NCBI RefSeq assembly: GCF_006345805.1
Contig: NC_043016.1
Location: forward strand, 6,882,001 to 6,946,000
Source of the DNA: Octopus sinensis
Lineage: Eukaryota
Length of the DNA: 64,000 nt
Reading direction: 5' to 3'
Part shown: positions 63,860-64,000 of the stretch, piece by piece
Layout: every line of letters starts with the position of its first letter
Numbering within the stretch: position 1 is the first letter of the stretch
Made by a program: the position numbers and the translations under genes
Notes under the pieces: generated by a model
What the model saw: the letters and a program-made list of their open reading frames with translations, nothing else
Told to the model about the DNA's origin: nothing
The model's database searches: none

Positions 63860-64000
63860 GGCGAGCTGGCAGAGACGTTAGCACACCGGGCGAAATGCGT
63901 AGCCGTATTTCATCTGTCGTTACGTTCCGAGTTCAAATTCCGCCGAGGTCGACTTTGCCTTTCATCCTTTCGGGGTCGATACATTAAGTACCAGTTACAC
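63860..64000 (+). mobile_element. Meta-like SINE running off the window end
   Basis: Head GGCGAGCTGGCAGA.ACGTTAGCAC, B-box, core. Confidence 0.85.

Overview
Highly repetitive, AT-rich eukaryotic DNA. The repeat repertoire (very long (TACA)n/(ATCT)n/(TAA)n arrays, tRNA-derived SINEs, Dong/R4, RTE and Tx1 LINEs, Penelope-like termini, mariner/maT remnants) suggests an octopus genome; this is inferred, not database-checked. No host protein-coding gene can be confidently called, and nearly all long ORFs in the track are translations of micro- or minisatellites. Main contents: (i) a degenerate Penelope-like element at 1-1020 and many short (TA)n-embedded Penelope-type terminal fragments, at least six with recognisable minimal type I hammerhead ribozyme motifs, one of them fused behind a tRNA-like Pol III head (32288-32528); (ii) a cluster of four Dong/R4 LINE pieces at 14.8-21.8 kb associated with (TAA)n, one interrupted by a 597-bp solo LTR; (iii) a 6.3-kb array of a 39-bp minisatellite with higher-order structure (24.7-31.0 kb); (iv) a near full-length, apparently young Tx1-like L1 element (about 50.1-56.3 kb) between (ATCT)n arrays; (v) several mariner/maT derivatives, a TIR element carrying TTAGGG repeats, a Helitron-like element, many SINEs with readable TSDs, and two local inverted duplications. 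A 100-N scaffold gap lies at 14725-14824.
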